NCBI GenBank assembly: GCA_050273025.1
Contig: CP158635.1
Location: 7,812,001-7,876,000, forward strand
DNA: 64,000 nt
Source: Cenococcum geophilum
Lineage: Eukaryota
Direction: 5' to 3'
The first letter of the stretch is position 1. Each line of letters begins with the position of its first letter. The translations under genes and the position numbers were made by a program. The notes under the pieces were generated by a model that worked only from the letters and a program-made list of their open reading frames with translations, made no database searches and was not told the DNA's origin. This document shows, piece after piece, positions 11,205-23,070 of this stretch.

Positions 11205-13148
11205 TAGGTTATTCCGACGCTAGCTAAAAATCGCGTCTAAGCTCGCTGAGGTAAGCAAACTAAGCTATTTCCTACTGCCTTAGAACAAAATTAACAGCTA
11301 TTAAATACTCTGGCGAAGCCTTTAAAGCATACGTCTATTATAGAAACCTAGAAGGAGAAGATGTTACCTTTTACAGAGTATCTAATATAGCATTTGCGGA
11401 CGATAAGGAGACTAGACGGAGCTCTTAGGGGTACCTATTTATACTATTTGGAGGACTAATTAATTGGAAAGCTACCTTATAACAATCGGTTACTCGTTTA
11501 ACTACTAAAGTGGAGCTTCTCTCCCTATCTACTGCTGCCGTTAAAATTATCTGGTGGTAATGATTCTTTAAGGCAATAGGCTTTAACTTAGAACGCGATT
11601 TTACCGTGCTCTACAACAATATGCAGACTGTACAACTCCTAAGACAGGATATACCAAAGCTTGACACTAAGCTTCGACATATCAACGTTTACTAGTACTG
11701 GCTGAGGCAGGAAGTCTAAGACAAAAAGATTGACGTCTAATGGGTCCTTATAGATAAGATGCCTGCTAACGGCCTTACCAAGATCCTACCTCGTCAAAAG
11801 CACGAAGCTTGGATAAAGTAATTGAATTTGGTGGATATTTGACATTAGATTAATTGATTCCATTCGTAATGTCCGCGATATCCGCAATATCCGCGATATT
11901 CGCAATAATGCCATTTTAATTACCCTACCCTTTGCTACTCTTAAATTGTATCTAAATTTCCTATTTTGGTATAGCTTCTGACCTTATTTTATGTTCTATA
12001 GCTTTAACTACATCGTTAAATCTGGGGGGGTGTGTAACCGACTACCGACACTGTGCTGAGACACAAGATCACCGCTTGGAAGGCTCCAAGACAGCGTCAA
12101 CGCCACCCTATATATTGATTGCAGATCAATATTGCTTGCAGATCACTGTTCCCATTTCAGTTACCTATTACCCCGTCATGTCTTATTACCTCCACCTTCT
12201 TCGTGTATATATAGAGACTTTAGAGCTACATTCACAATCAAGTCGTTCATTCAATTCTTCGCACTGCAAAGCTTACAGCAACGATTCTTGTCTTTCGATT
12301 TGGTCCACTGAGACTTATGTCTGGATAGCCTTGATACTTGTCGACCCACCCATCAGGGACGAATACCTCCCCAATGGAGACCAAGACACCAGCACCAACT
12401 ACGTCGAATTCTATCCAAACCATTTCTGGGAGGCTATGAGGATTTTCTCGACCCGCCGTCCATCTTCTCTGACACGGATTCTTCATCCAGTCCCAAGCGT
12501 CAGGGCCTCCTTCAAGATCTCCTATATTACTTGGCCCAAGACGCGTCACCATGCCTGAATCCCCAAAATCCCACGCCCACATCCCTCTCTTACTACCCCC
12601 TCAAAATAGTCGCCGCAGAATGGGTCAAATATTGCAGAAAATCCGCGCTATCGTTCGCCTACTACGATCACGGATGATGGCGGAGTCTACACAGGACTGT
12701 ATTATCGCGCTCATTGAGGATTTCGAGCACATCGCTGTGAATATGGAAGACGCCGGTTGCCGACTTGAGAGCATGTTACCAATCGTCACATCTCTAGTTC
12801 AGATCGTCGATACCAGACGGTCATTCGCAGAGACGGCCAATATCAGCCGCTTAACGATTTTGGCCCCGATTTTTGTCCCCTTGAGTTTCGTAGGATAATG
12901 CGCCGGGACATAAGTACTTTTGGGTGTATTTCGTTATTGCTGTGTCGGTTACTGCGGTTGTTTATCTTATTGCTCGTCCGCCGAGCAAGGAGCTTAAGAT
13001 TTTGTTTGAGAAGTTCAAACTGGGGAGGAAACGGCTGGATACTGTTGAGTAAGTGCGATCTGGGACTTTGTTGTACAAGGAATCGCAGGTCTGATGGGGC
13101 TTCAGCGAATGGTGAAGGGGCTATAGTACCTGTTGGTAGGGGGGGGTA

Positions 13149-16100
13149 ATAATGATGTTTATTCCGCCCGGAGGCACTAAGCCTAAAGGGCACTAGTACT
13201 ATATTACATATTTTCGCTCCTTTTAGTCTCGCCATATTCTCATACAAGCCCGTATATATACCTTACTTAGTACTCCCTAGTGTTACTAATACCTTATTCT
13301 GCGAGATCTCGTGGGTGGTTAGTAGTAGGTAGTCTTGGGGGGCTGTTCCTCTAAGTGTTTATTGTCCTATCTTCGGCGATTAAAGCGAGATCTGCTGGTG
13401 GTATGAGGGTGCGTGGTATGGGTTGGTCGAAGTGTGAGGGGGGGGGGGGGGGGTTTAACTGTGGTGGGCGGGTTATTAATCTGGTTCTACCTTAAGTCGT
13501 CTGGTGGCTATTGCATATTTTACTATTATTTGGACCACGTTTACGTTTAGTGTCTACTATCTAGGGTCAAATGGCGCCTTGCCCCTAAGGTAGAAGGATA
13601 AGCTGCCTTGTCTTATATCTGTTTGCTATAGTATTTATTCTTAATACGCTGTCCATTTTATATACCTAAAGAGGAAATATTTTACTGTTTCTCTTACTTA
13701 TCCGCAGTTATATTAATCTAATTCTGCCGCTCTAATCCGGTGTAGATATCTATTAAGTTATATTATTCCCGTCCGTAGTTAGGCTAACACGTTTACCTCT
13801 TTTTACTTAAGGGAGTTATATAGCCTACGGGTATATTTACCTAGTAGCGCTATATTTATTTTTCTTAAGTACCTTCCTACTCCTTCTGGTAGTATTTTCC
13901 TACCCCACTATCTTGCTCTTGCTATATTAATTATTATAGCCTTAGCCTGGTGTTGTTGTCCTTGTAATAGGCGTCCTTATATAGTAGCCCGCCGTACTGC
14001 TTTTTTTGCCTTCTTGCCTAGTGCGAACTCTTTTTATATTAGGACCTATGCTATAAGGACGCGGTTGCTTCTTTGCTTTAGCGTACGGGTTATATTATAA
14101 ATTTATATAATACTTATTTGGCTGGACTAGTGCTTAGGTTAGCTAAGCGCTAGTAGTGCCGCCTAATTACTAGTAAATATAGTAATCTGTCTCCCCTATA
14201 GATCCGGTAGTAAGCGTCTTATCACCAATAATATTACTATTAGTTTAGCCGTATATAGGTTCTGTTCTGCTCTTAGTCCTAGTGTGGTTAAGTATATAAC
14301 CGCTTCCCTGTTTGGTGTATTGCTAAGGGTATTATAGATAATACCTCCTATTCCTACTATGCCTCTCCTCCCGGACGAGCTTGTTGCGATCTATATACCT
14401 TAAACGGAGTTAGCGGCTTTAGTTGCCCTATCTTTATCTGGGTTAATGCTTATAGGTAGTCGGTCCTCCTATAGTGGTACTATATAGGGTTAAATAACCT
14501 CCATCTTATCTGTTAGTGTATGTCAGTGTATGTAGGCTATCTTCTATAGTAGGGACGTAAACCTTTAGAGCACCTTCGTGCGGAGCCTTAAGAGTGGGTT
14601 CGTTTTATATAGCGTGTAGAGGTTAACCTATAGCTTAGTGGCCCTCTCTAAATGCCGCTCGCGTACTAACTATATGCTTGCTTCGGCTTCCCTAATAACT
14701 GTAGCTACTATACAGAAAGTTCCTATAATTACCTGCGCTCTAATTCTTTATACCCTATTTATTACGGCTATAGCGGAACCCCTATAGACGTGCATCTAGA
14801 TGTTTAAGGCGTAGTCTACTACTAGCGCTACCGTTGCCCCGAATAGCTGTCTTATGGTTAAGGGGGATACCATCTAGAGTCTCTTTAGTGCTATAGCTGC
14901 GATAAGGCCCTTAGTGGCTGCTTTTACGATATATTACTTATACCAAAGCTCCGCATCTATAACTACCCCTAAAATCTTAGCTATATGCCTTAGTATAACT
15001 GTTTTTCCCTTAATTATAAACGGGGTAGTATTAGTCCGCTCCGCGTTTCTTATAAAGTGCACTAATATAGTCTTTTCTCCTTTAAACGTTGCGCCGCTTT
15101 GTTTCTCCCAGTCTATTACTCTATTAATAATAGCCTAAATACCTTTACAGTTTGCTGCTACTAATAGTCCTATAACCTATATATTATAGTCGTCTACAAA
15201 CGCCATTAAGCCTCTATTTGCATTAAGCCGGTACTAGACTAGGTTAGCGTTAAAAAAGAGGAATAGTATTAGTGAAAGCGGCGATCCTTATGGTAGTCCT
15301 ACTTATAGTAACTATTGCTGGTTAGAGGTATGGCCGTTAACTAAGATAGTCGCCGTATAATTAGAGCAGAATATATTAATCCACCGCACTAGCACCAGCG
15401 GTATACCTCTTGCTATAAGCCTCTATAATAGCCTCTCTTTATATACTCCGTTATATGCCCCTTTTATGTTAAAGCTAATAAGGCTAAGCACCTTCCTAAA
15501 CCTCTATACGTTGTATATATGTTCTTATAGTAGCAGCAGCGCCTATTTAGTAGAGCGCTTTTTCCTCGCCCTAAAGTAATTTATAGGTAGTAGTCTAAAG
15601 GTTTCCACTGCGTGTAATATTCTCTCGGCAACCATAGACTCTAGCACCTTGCCTAACGTAGAAAGCAAAGAGATAGGCCTCTATGCCCTTGCCTTTGTAT
15701 AGTCTCCTTTATTTGGCTTCTTAAGCAGTATAATCTTAGCATTTCTCCATTGGCTGGGAAGGTTACCCTTATTTAGTGAGGTCTAAAAGAGGAGCAGGAC
15801 CCTATCTTTTATTACTAGCCATATCTGCCTCCACACTATCGCTAGTAGGCCGTCGTCCCCTGGCGCTTTTTATGGCTTTACTGTAAATATCTTCCGTTCT
15901 ACCTCTTCCATTATAAAACGCGGCATTGGTATTAGCGTTTATTAGGGCCGTGGGCCCTCGTCCTCTATTCCTGCTAGCAGCGGGGGAAAGAACGTGGTTA
16001 ATAGCTCCGCTGCTTACTTATCTTTTCCTTCTGTAGTAGATCTATTTGTCCTTATTAGTGGTGGTATCTTATTAAACGCTAAGTTACTGCTTGGGTTAAG

Positions 16101-18665
16101 GTATTTTACTACTTGCCAAATATTTACGTTATCGACCAGGAAGTTATTCTAGTATGTCCTTTTCTATTTCCGTATTACATCGTGGTATTTCTTTAAGGCC
16201 TCCTTTGCTTATTACTCTAGTTCTAGTAATATTTAACCCGCTTAGCGTTGGTTCTTTGCCCAGTTCCTCTAGTAAGTGTATACCCGGCGGAGCTTTATAA
16301 GGTCTATTATCTACTACCTTTTTACGTATAGTAATGGTTTAGCTTTTAGAGTTAATGCGTGTACTACCTTTAGTACTATATCTATAAGCCGGTCTGTTTA
16401 CTACTGCACTCTACCACCTACTAGGATTATATAAAGGGCGGTGGTAATCCTGTTCCTAATTTTATTCTATAGTACGTTTTTAAAAAGCATTCTCTGTTCT
16501 ATAGCGCGTTTAGGGACCGCAATGTTGAATATTGTCTTAATTACCCTATAATTAGATCCGTGTTCTGTCCCATATACTATATACTTTACCATCATAGATA
16601 CTAGCTCGTCTAATGCTAGGATTAGGTTAATTATTATCTCGCAGTTACTATTTTGCCATATTTTTGTACCCCTAGGTAGCAGGCTACGCAGGGAGTGATC
16701 TCCTATAAGGTTAATAATTGGGTTAGCTTCTCCCTATCTCGCCAGCAAGACGTTATTTTCTCCCTATAGCTGGTCGTGCCGATTAAAGTCTCCTATAAGT
16801 ATTATATCGGTTTATATCCCTATCTTGTTCTATATTTCCTAAATTAATTAGTATAGTTTGCTAGTTATGTCCTATAGTGCCTCTATGTTCTTTCCCTTAA
16901 CGTATACTAATACTACCAGTACTGATTGGTCGGGAAGGCGTAGCACCGCCGCGGTAAGATCTGTTAATTGTACTGGCACCTATTCGGCCTTAATATCTTT
17001 TTAAATCTATAATATACTCTATACCGCCCACCTCTCTTTGCGCTAGACTATAGGTATTACCTTAGTCCAATTTAAGTGTTTTATGGGGACAGTTACAACT
17101 ATATTATTTGTTTTCTATGCGTACGGCTCTAATATTACTAACACTCTAAAGTCTTTCAGTTGTTCATCGTTTATTAGGCTCTGCTATACTATACTCTATT
17201 TTCGGATATTTAGTTAAAGTACCTAAAGTATCTTATACATAGCGGGTAGGATAAAGCACTCGGCAATTTTTACTAAATAATTTATATGGTCCTCCGCATG
17301 GTATATATTTTAGGATCTATCCTTAGCAGTTGTTATAATAATGTCCTTCTTAAGCGCATCTAGTATATACTTGCGGTCTTATATATACAAAAGCTTTATG
17401 TCCTAGTGTCTAACACCAGTAGCATTGCGTTAGGCCACTTTTAGGTTTATAGGTTCTAACGTAGGCTAATTCCCCTATGATATAAAAGTATTGGTCCTAC
17501 AGCAACCGTACTGCCTTACTACTTTTAGTAACGTATACCACCATTAAACTATATGCCTTTCCTGTGCCTTTTCTACTAAGCTACTCTATCTGGGCTATAT
17601 ATATATTATTCTCTTTTCCTAGCACCTCTACTACTTTATCTTAAATCTTTCCTTCCTAGTTAAGAACTACTGTTTAATTAGCGTTGTTAATTTTTACTAG
17701 GTAGAGCTGGTCTTGTAGTACCTAAATACTAGGTGCTAAGGTCTTCTAGGCCGCTTCTTTTATACGTTAGAGCTTGGTATTATTCCTATAAGTTATCCTA
17801 ATGCGTACGGGGTTCCTAGGGTCTTTAATTACTACTACACAACGCTAGCTCTCGTGGCCTTCCGTTATATATATACTACTTTTAATTACTTACCTAATTA
17901 CCCCCAGTTATACTTCGTTCTTATTTTCCTCTTTAACTCTAGATATATTAACTATATAGTATAGCGTATTAGTAATAGCTAATGGCATAGTATTCCTTAA
18001 CGGAAAGGACGTTAGGTTGCTTAGTTAACTGCTTAGCGGCGTATAGGCAACATCCGCATATAACGGAGCCGCGCTTAGTAGTGCTTAAGTGTTTAATAAT
18101 TGGGTCTAGATTACCTTTATCTTCTCTATAACCTTAGCTCTAAGCGCGTTAATCTACTCTATAAACATTTTAGTAATAACTTTAATTTAGTTCGCTTATG
18201 CCTCTTTCTGCTGCTCTAATACCCCTAGTAGTAACATAACTAGGTTAGTTAGCACCTTAATCTGTATATTTAATGTTATATTTGTCCTCTTAGTTATTAA
18301 TTAGTTTGCTGTAGTGGCTATTATTACTAGCTGCTCTATTCTCTTTTTAGCCATTACGCGGTTTCTTATTAACCCTATTTAATCCTTAGGGCGTAGTTTT
18401 TTCCCTATGCGCTTCGGTTGTGGTGCACTAGGGGCTACTACTGCTACATGAACCGTATCTTCTGTATTGCTCTCGTAACTATCATTTTTAAGGGCCTTAG
18501 TTATCTTGGCGCGTTCCTAACGCGATTAACGCGTCGAGCCTCCTTCCACCTCTGCCGTTTCCATCTTCCCTTTCTCAACTTGGGTACTGCGTGCTAGGGG
18601 GTGTTATTTAAAGATAAGGTTCAAGTCTCCCAAGGGCTTAATATCACGTCCCTCTCGTGCGATGG
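13149..18665 (-). mobile_element. Full-length Tad1-like LINE (ORF1 + endonuclease-RT-RNase H), RIP-degraded
   Basis: Minus-strand motifs: GDFNRHDQL (~16780), RPISLLSTLGKVLE (~15650), GLP*GSPLSLILFLFFNA (~15260), AFVDDY (~15195), IFTSN*AA (~14170). 3' AATAAA near 13160. Probable TSD GGTA(G)8-9TA at 13135-13148 and 18666-18680. Confidence 0.88.
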
Positions 18666-19961
18666 GGTAGGGGGGGGGTACTTGGGCAGTCTCTTTGAGC
18701 TTAGCGACGTGTCACGTGACAGCGCGCGGGCCATCTTGTAGATATCTTCTCAGGCGATTAAGCCCCTGAGATTCTTCCTTATAGAGTATCATATGTATCA
18801 TTCCATCAGCCTGCTCAGTGCCCTGATAGTACCTATAGGATGGTCAGGTGTTTCATCCTGTATGTCTTATACGTTATTTCTCATGCGAAGGAATCGGCGA
18901 AAGGCGTCAAGATCTCGCAGGAGTTCGGGACGGAAGACTTTCGTGGCATTCGGGATGAAGGCTCTAAATTCTTGGTATTGTGCATTATTAGTGGCGGCAT
19001 TTGGTTCAGAAGATGTGATAACAGCATAGGTTATGCTTAAGGCTCGGATTGACCGAAAATCTAATAGCGAATGGTGACATGGCAATGGCGTAGCTGTAGG
19101 ATGGGTGGATACGCTGGATTTGGAGGGATTTGCCGCACGCTTATGTACTGTCAAAAAGTGTTAGCTGAAGCTGGCCCTGCAAGAGCGAAGTTGACCCGTT
19201 GTCGCAGGAAGTGTCGCCAAACTCCATAAATGGCCGTTCATCCTTCGTTCGATGCCTATGTCTTCCCAGTGCTGAATGCATGGTCTGTAACCTCAGCGGC
19301 GGAAACGGATGTTGGACCCTGATCTTGCCCAAGATCGCTTGCGTCCGTCTGAATATTGGGATTCCGCGTACGAACTGGTGCGGTTGACGATGCTTTCGAA
19401 GTTGAGTTGACAACGGACAGAGCTGTTTGCGGGCATTCTAGGTGTTAACACTAAGGTTTGTATACAATTGCCCTAGAAGGGAAAGAACCGAGACAATGCA
19501 TGTGAAAAAGAGCTTGAAGAATGTAGGTGTGAAGAGGACTGGCGTTGATCTCCGACTCTACCATACAAACTTTCTATGGGTGGTGGGGTTTTTGGTGCCA
19601 AGTGGGTCTTTTCCCGAAAAACCTCAACTGCACAGCAGCTCGTCAAACACCAAGTAATCCCACCCTCAACGCTTCACATTCACTCCATTACTGTCATCTA
19701 CATTTATAATCAAGTCTACATCCTCTCATAATACATAAAAGCGTATCTACAGGCGCCACAGCCACCATCCTGCGGCGGATCAGCCGGCAACCGAATGGGA
19801 CTAAGTTGTACTGTGACACAACGGATATCCGCCTTGCAGCAGCACCACACATCCATCGACCGACTCGTAAGTCCTCATTATCCCTAAGCAAGTGTCCATT
19901 GTCCGCCTGCGACTTCAAATTGACGATAGATGGATCGGACGACGCTGCTGACGCCCCGGCA

Positions 19962-21118
19962 GAGCTTACAACGTACAGCAGCCTCTTGCCAGCAACGTGA
20001 AGACCCTACATTACTCCCTCTACAACATCCTGATTGCTCGCATCGATCGTGGGAGGCCGCATATTGTGAGGATCATGAACCGTGATTCCGACGAAGCCAA
20101 GATAGACGCGAGGGCAGCAACAAGCCTGTACCCAACATCAAAGCTGAAGGAAGGTAGGTCATGACTTTCCTCATATCCGAATTGAGTAATCCCTGTGACA
20201 GTGAGTGAGTAGCATCTAACTATTAAAGAGGCTACAGTAGACTCTTTACCTGAACTGCTAAGAAGCTGAGTGAATGAAAGCTACTTCCCTTTACAGCAGA
20301 ACAATTCTGGAGTTAAGCTGACACATACTTCACTTTAACAGTTGATGTGAGTGGAGAGGATACAAAAATAGTTGCCAATATCTTCAGAAGACGGCAAGCG
20401 GATGAAAAGTCATTGGCCTACCATTGGGTTGCTCATTTCTTGCAACAAGAAGGGGTCCAGGATCATGATATGAAAGATGCGTCGGCCAGGCTCATGAAAA
20501 GGCTTGAGAGCGAATTGAAGGAGAAGTTGGTCAGCGGCGCTATTAAGGGAGGCTCATTAGATGGCCAGGTGAGGGACTATTTAAAAAGTCCTGAAGGTAG
20601 AAGCTTTCGTGAGTAACATGAACCCAATATTGAATGGTCTGGGCTGCGGTGGCCGGATTAGACTAACTATAACAGTTAACATATGGTTGCAGCCAAGCAC
20701 CCCAGTGAAGGGCGAAGTACCTTCCCGCTTAACGCCGGTTACGCCGCTAAATGTCGCTGTTAACGAAGAGATACATCCAAACTACCAAGATAACTTTGTT
20801 GAGAGGCGCGATAAACAGGTCCCAGAGGTTGAAGAACCTAATCCAGAAGCTAAGCCAGTCTCTCAGGTGCTACCGCGTGACGAAGTCCAGGTGTTGCCAG
20901 CCCAGGCAGAAGGCGTCAAAGGCATCCAAGGCTCCAACCAGCCTAGGGTCAGGCGTGTCAGTACCAGTGCCAGACACCCCGAAGGCAGTGATGACATAGT
21001 TGATGCGCGTAGACGGCACACGATATCGAGCCTTTCGGACTGGCCCGAATATTGGACCTCTGAGGAATTTAATGACTATCTGAAGAAGGCGAATAGTGTA
21101 TGGAAAGAGTCTGGGTGA
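19962..21118 (+). CDS. Hypothetical multi-exon protein (exons ~19962-20153, 20342-20608, 20693-21118; 5' exons unresolved)
   Basis: Non-RIPed DNA. Open frames are joined by GTAGGT..GCTGAC..CAG and GTGAGT..CTAAC..CAG introns. Includes track ORFs 20347-20616 and 20609-21118. No recognisable domain, and exact splice sites are uncertain. Confidence 0.5.
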
Positions 21119-22139
21119 TTTAACGTCGTTGGGGAGGCGGTTCAGAACAGTTGGCAGGGGGGTGGCGAGGTTAGTGTGGAAAGTAGGGGACGGTGGATGG
21201 GAATATAGGTGACGTTCGTGAGGGAAGACGGAGTATATAGTTTGAGGTCGCTAGATTCAGCATCTTCGTAATGAGAATCGAATGGTATTATTTTTTACTA
21301 GTGGAGTGGCACCGGAGAGAGGAGTATAACGTAATAGGACTGGAAGCCGGCAGGACGAGCTCACCTATGTGTTAGGAGAGATGATCATTGCTATCAACAG
21401 ACAGAGGGAGACGGACGTTCAGAGCGGGTAGGAATAGTGTTGAGCCTGGGGCTATGGATTAAGTTGAGCGGGATGGCGAAGTGTATGCGACCCGGAGCAG
21501 GTGCAGGCTGAAGTAGAAAGCTGAAGTTTGACAACCTACAGGGCGGAGAAGCAACGTTTAACCCCATCGTTCTAGCGAGCTATGATTGGTTATTCATCTT
21601 TTGCCGCTCTTGGTAATGCCTGCCGCATCCTTCGGTAGGAAAGATGATTGGTTATTAACTTTTATCGCTCTTGGCAACTTTTGTCGCATCCTTTGGCAGG
21701 AAAGACGATTGGTTAACCCAATCCAGACTTACTGGAAACCCGACGCTACGGGACAGGATGAACCGATATGAGACCCCACCTAAGCATGAGATAATATAGC
21801 GGGAAGTGCGTCGCGCCCAATCCGAGTTGGGCTTGGAGCCTTGTCTTTTACCTTTCACAAGATGCAGCTAGGGCGCAGACATAGACAGTCTGCAGCGCAT
21901 CGAAATTGTGCCCTCCTTCCAGCAGGTGTTAGATGATCAATGCCAGAATTCTGATACGGAGCGCCGCCATCGCGCTAACTTCCTCACCATTCAGAAAGCA
22001 TAATGCGGTCCAGGAAGAGTGGCAGGTTGCCTGCCTTGTCATCGCTCCCAGCGGGTTTGCTGTCATGGAGTGATGCACGCCCCATGTGACGAAGTGGTAC
22101 ACCATTTACAAAAAGGGTGTGGCCGGTTATCTCAGTTGA

Positions 22140-22351
22140 CTCAGACCCTCGGAGAGAAAATCCACCTCACCTCTTGCAAACTCCTGAGCCAATCAGCGGC
22201 TGGCACCGCCACATCTCTGTAACCCCTGTGACTCCTGCAAACTCCTAAGCCAATTAGCGACCGGCGCCGTACGCCGCAGGCGTTAGTGCTTGCGCTAGCT
22301 TTAGCAGCCAATTATAGGGCACTGAGGTGGATTCCTCTCCGAGGGTCTGAG
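22140..22351. repeat. 212-bp segment bounded by ~30-bp inverted repeats (MITE-like)
   Basis: CTCAGACCCTCGGAGAGAAAATCCACCTCA ... TGAGGTGGATTCCTCTCCGAGGGTCTGAG. No TSD is visible. Confidence 0.6.
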
Positions 22352-22529
22352 GGAAAATGGGCGCGATTTGTAAAGGTAGACCAGCCTGCCTAGTAGACGA
22401 CAGTTGTATCGCCTTTAACGCGGTATATCGCCCCCTAATACACCACTACTTAACTCGCCGATACCTCCATTTAAAAGCCCTTCTCTCGCTCTACAGAATC
22501 CATCCGCAATAGAGCCTGATTGTCCCCCT

Positions 22530-23070
22530 AATGTCTCTACAAACGTCCGTACGAACGCCTACACGAACGCCTGCACAAACGCCTGCACGAACGCCTACAC
22601 GAACGCCTGCACGAACGCCTGCACGAACGCCTACACGAACGCCTATACAAAGCCGTTTATAAGGCCTTCAAAAACAAGCCCAAATACAAGTTCTATATAC
22701 TAGGAAGACTACAATCTGCACGAACGTTAGTACGAACGCCCATATAATCAATTGATTGATCGATCGATTGCCTACACGAACGCCCATACAAACGTCCATA
22801 CAATTGATCAATCAATTAATCGCCCCACGAACGCCCGTACGAACGTCCAAACAATTGCCCATACAATCGTCTCTACGAACGTCTGCACGATCGCCCGTAC
22901 GAACGTCTGCACGTCTGCACATCTACACGTCTGCACGCCTGCACGTGGCTCTGCACGTGGCTCTGCACGAAGCTCTGCTCGAAGCTCTGCTCGAAGCTCT
23001 GCTCGAAGCCCTGCTCGAAGCTCTGCTCGAAGCTCTGCTCGAAACTCTATACGAGCCTCTGCCTAAAGCT
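22530..23070 (+). repeat. 12-bp tandem arrays (ACGAACGCCTGC; GAAGCTCTGCTC) homologous to the interior of the 8470-11254 element
   Basis: 22850-22980 aligns by eye with 9370-9500. Confidence 0.85.

Larger units (their letters stand above)
8470..11254. mobile_element. Non-autonomous TIR DNA element with 9-bp TSD (MULE-like), inside Copia RT/RNase H
   Basis: TSD GCAAACTAA at 8461-8469 and 11255-11263. ~20-bp TIR TTACCTCAG(C)RAGCTTAGAC. A single copy of the target is present in the other Copia (~34125-34140). No transposase ORF. Confidence 0.85.
3185..12277 (+). mobile_element. Ty1/Copia LTR retrotransposon (RIP-degraded) with nested insertions
   Basis: 245-bp LTRs at 3185-3429 and 12033-12277. 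5-bp TSD GCAAC. PBS GTTATAAGCCC and G-rich PPT before the 3' LTR. Domain order gag, protease (ILxPSADT), integrase, RT (FFYIDDI ~8040), RNase H (AFADD ~11390). Confidence 0.97.
2578..13052 (+). pseudogene. Fungal CorA-like Mg2+/divalent cation channel family pseudogene (exon 1 2578-3175, exon 2 12329-13052)
   Basis: ATG at 2578 with an in-frame TGA at 2659. Exon 1 has ILIIEDL...LDIDPLFFALHL. The intron GTAAGC..CTGAG..TAG is 55 bp once the Copia is removed. Exon 2 pieces lie in shifting frames: FLGGYEDF, YYPLKIVAAEWVKY, RRSFAETANISRLTILAPIFVPLSF, and TM2 FWVYFVIAVSVTAVVYLI. Stop TAA at 13050-13052. Confidence 0.8.

Noticed and set aside
18710..18721. Palindrome TGTCACGTGACA (E-box/CDEI-like)
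   Set aside because: An isolated motif with no linked gene start or centromere-type context established.
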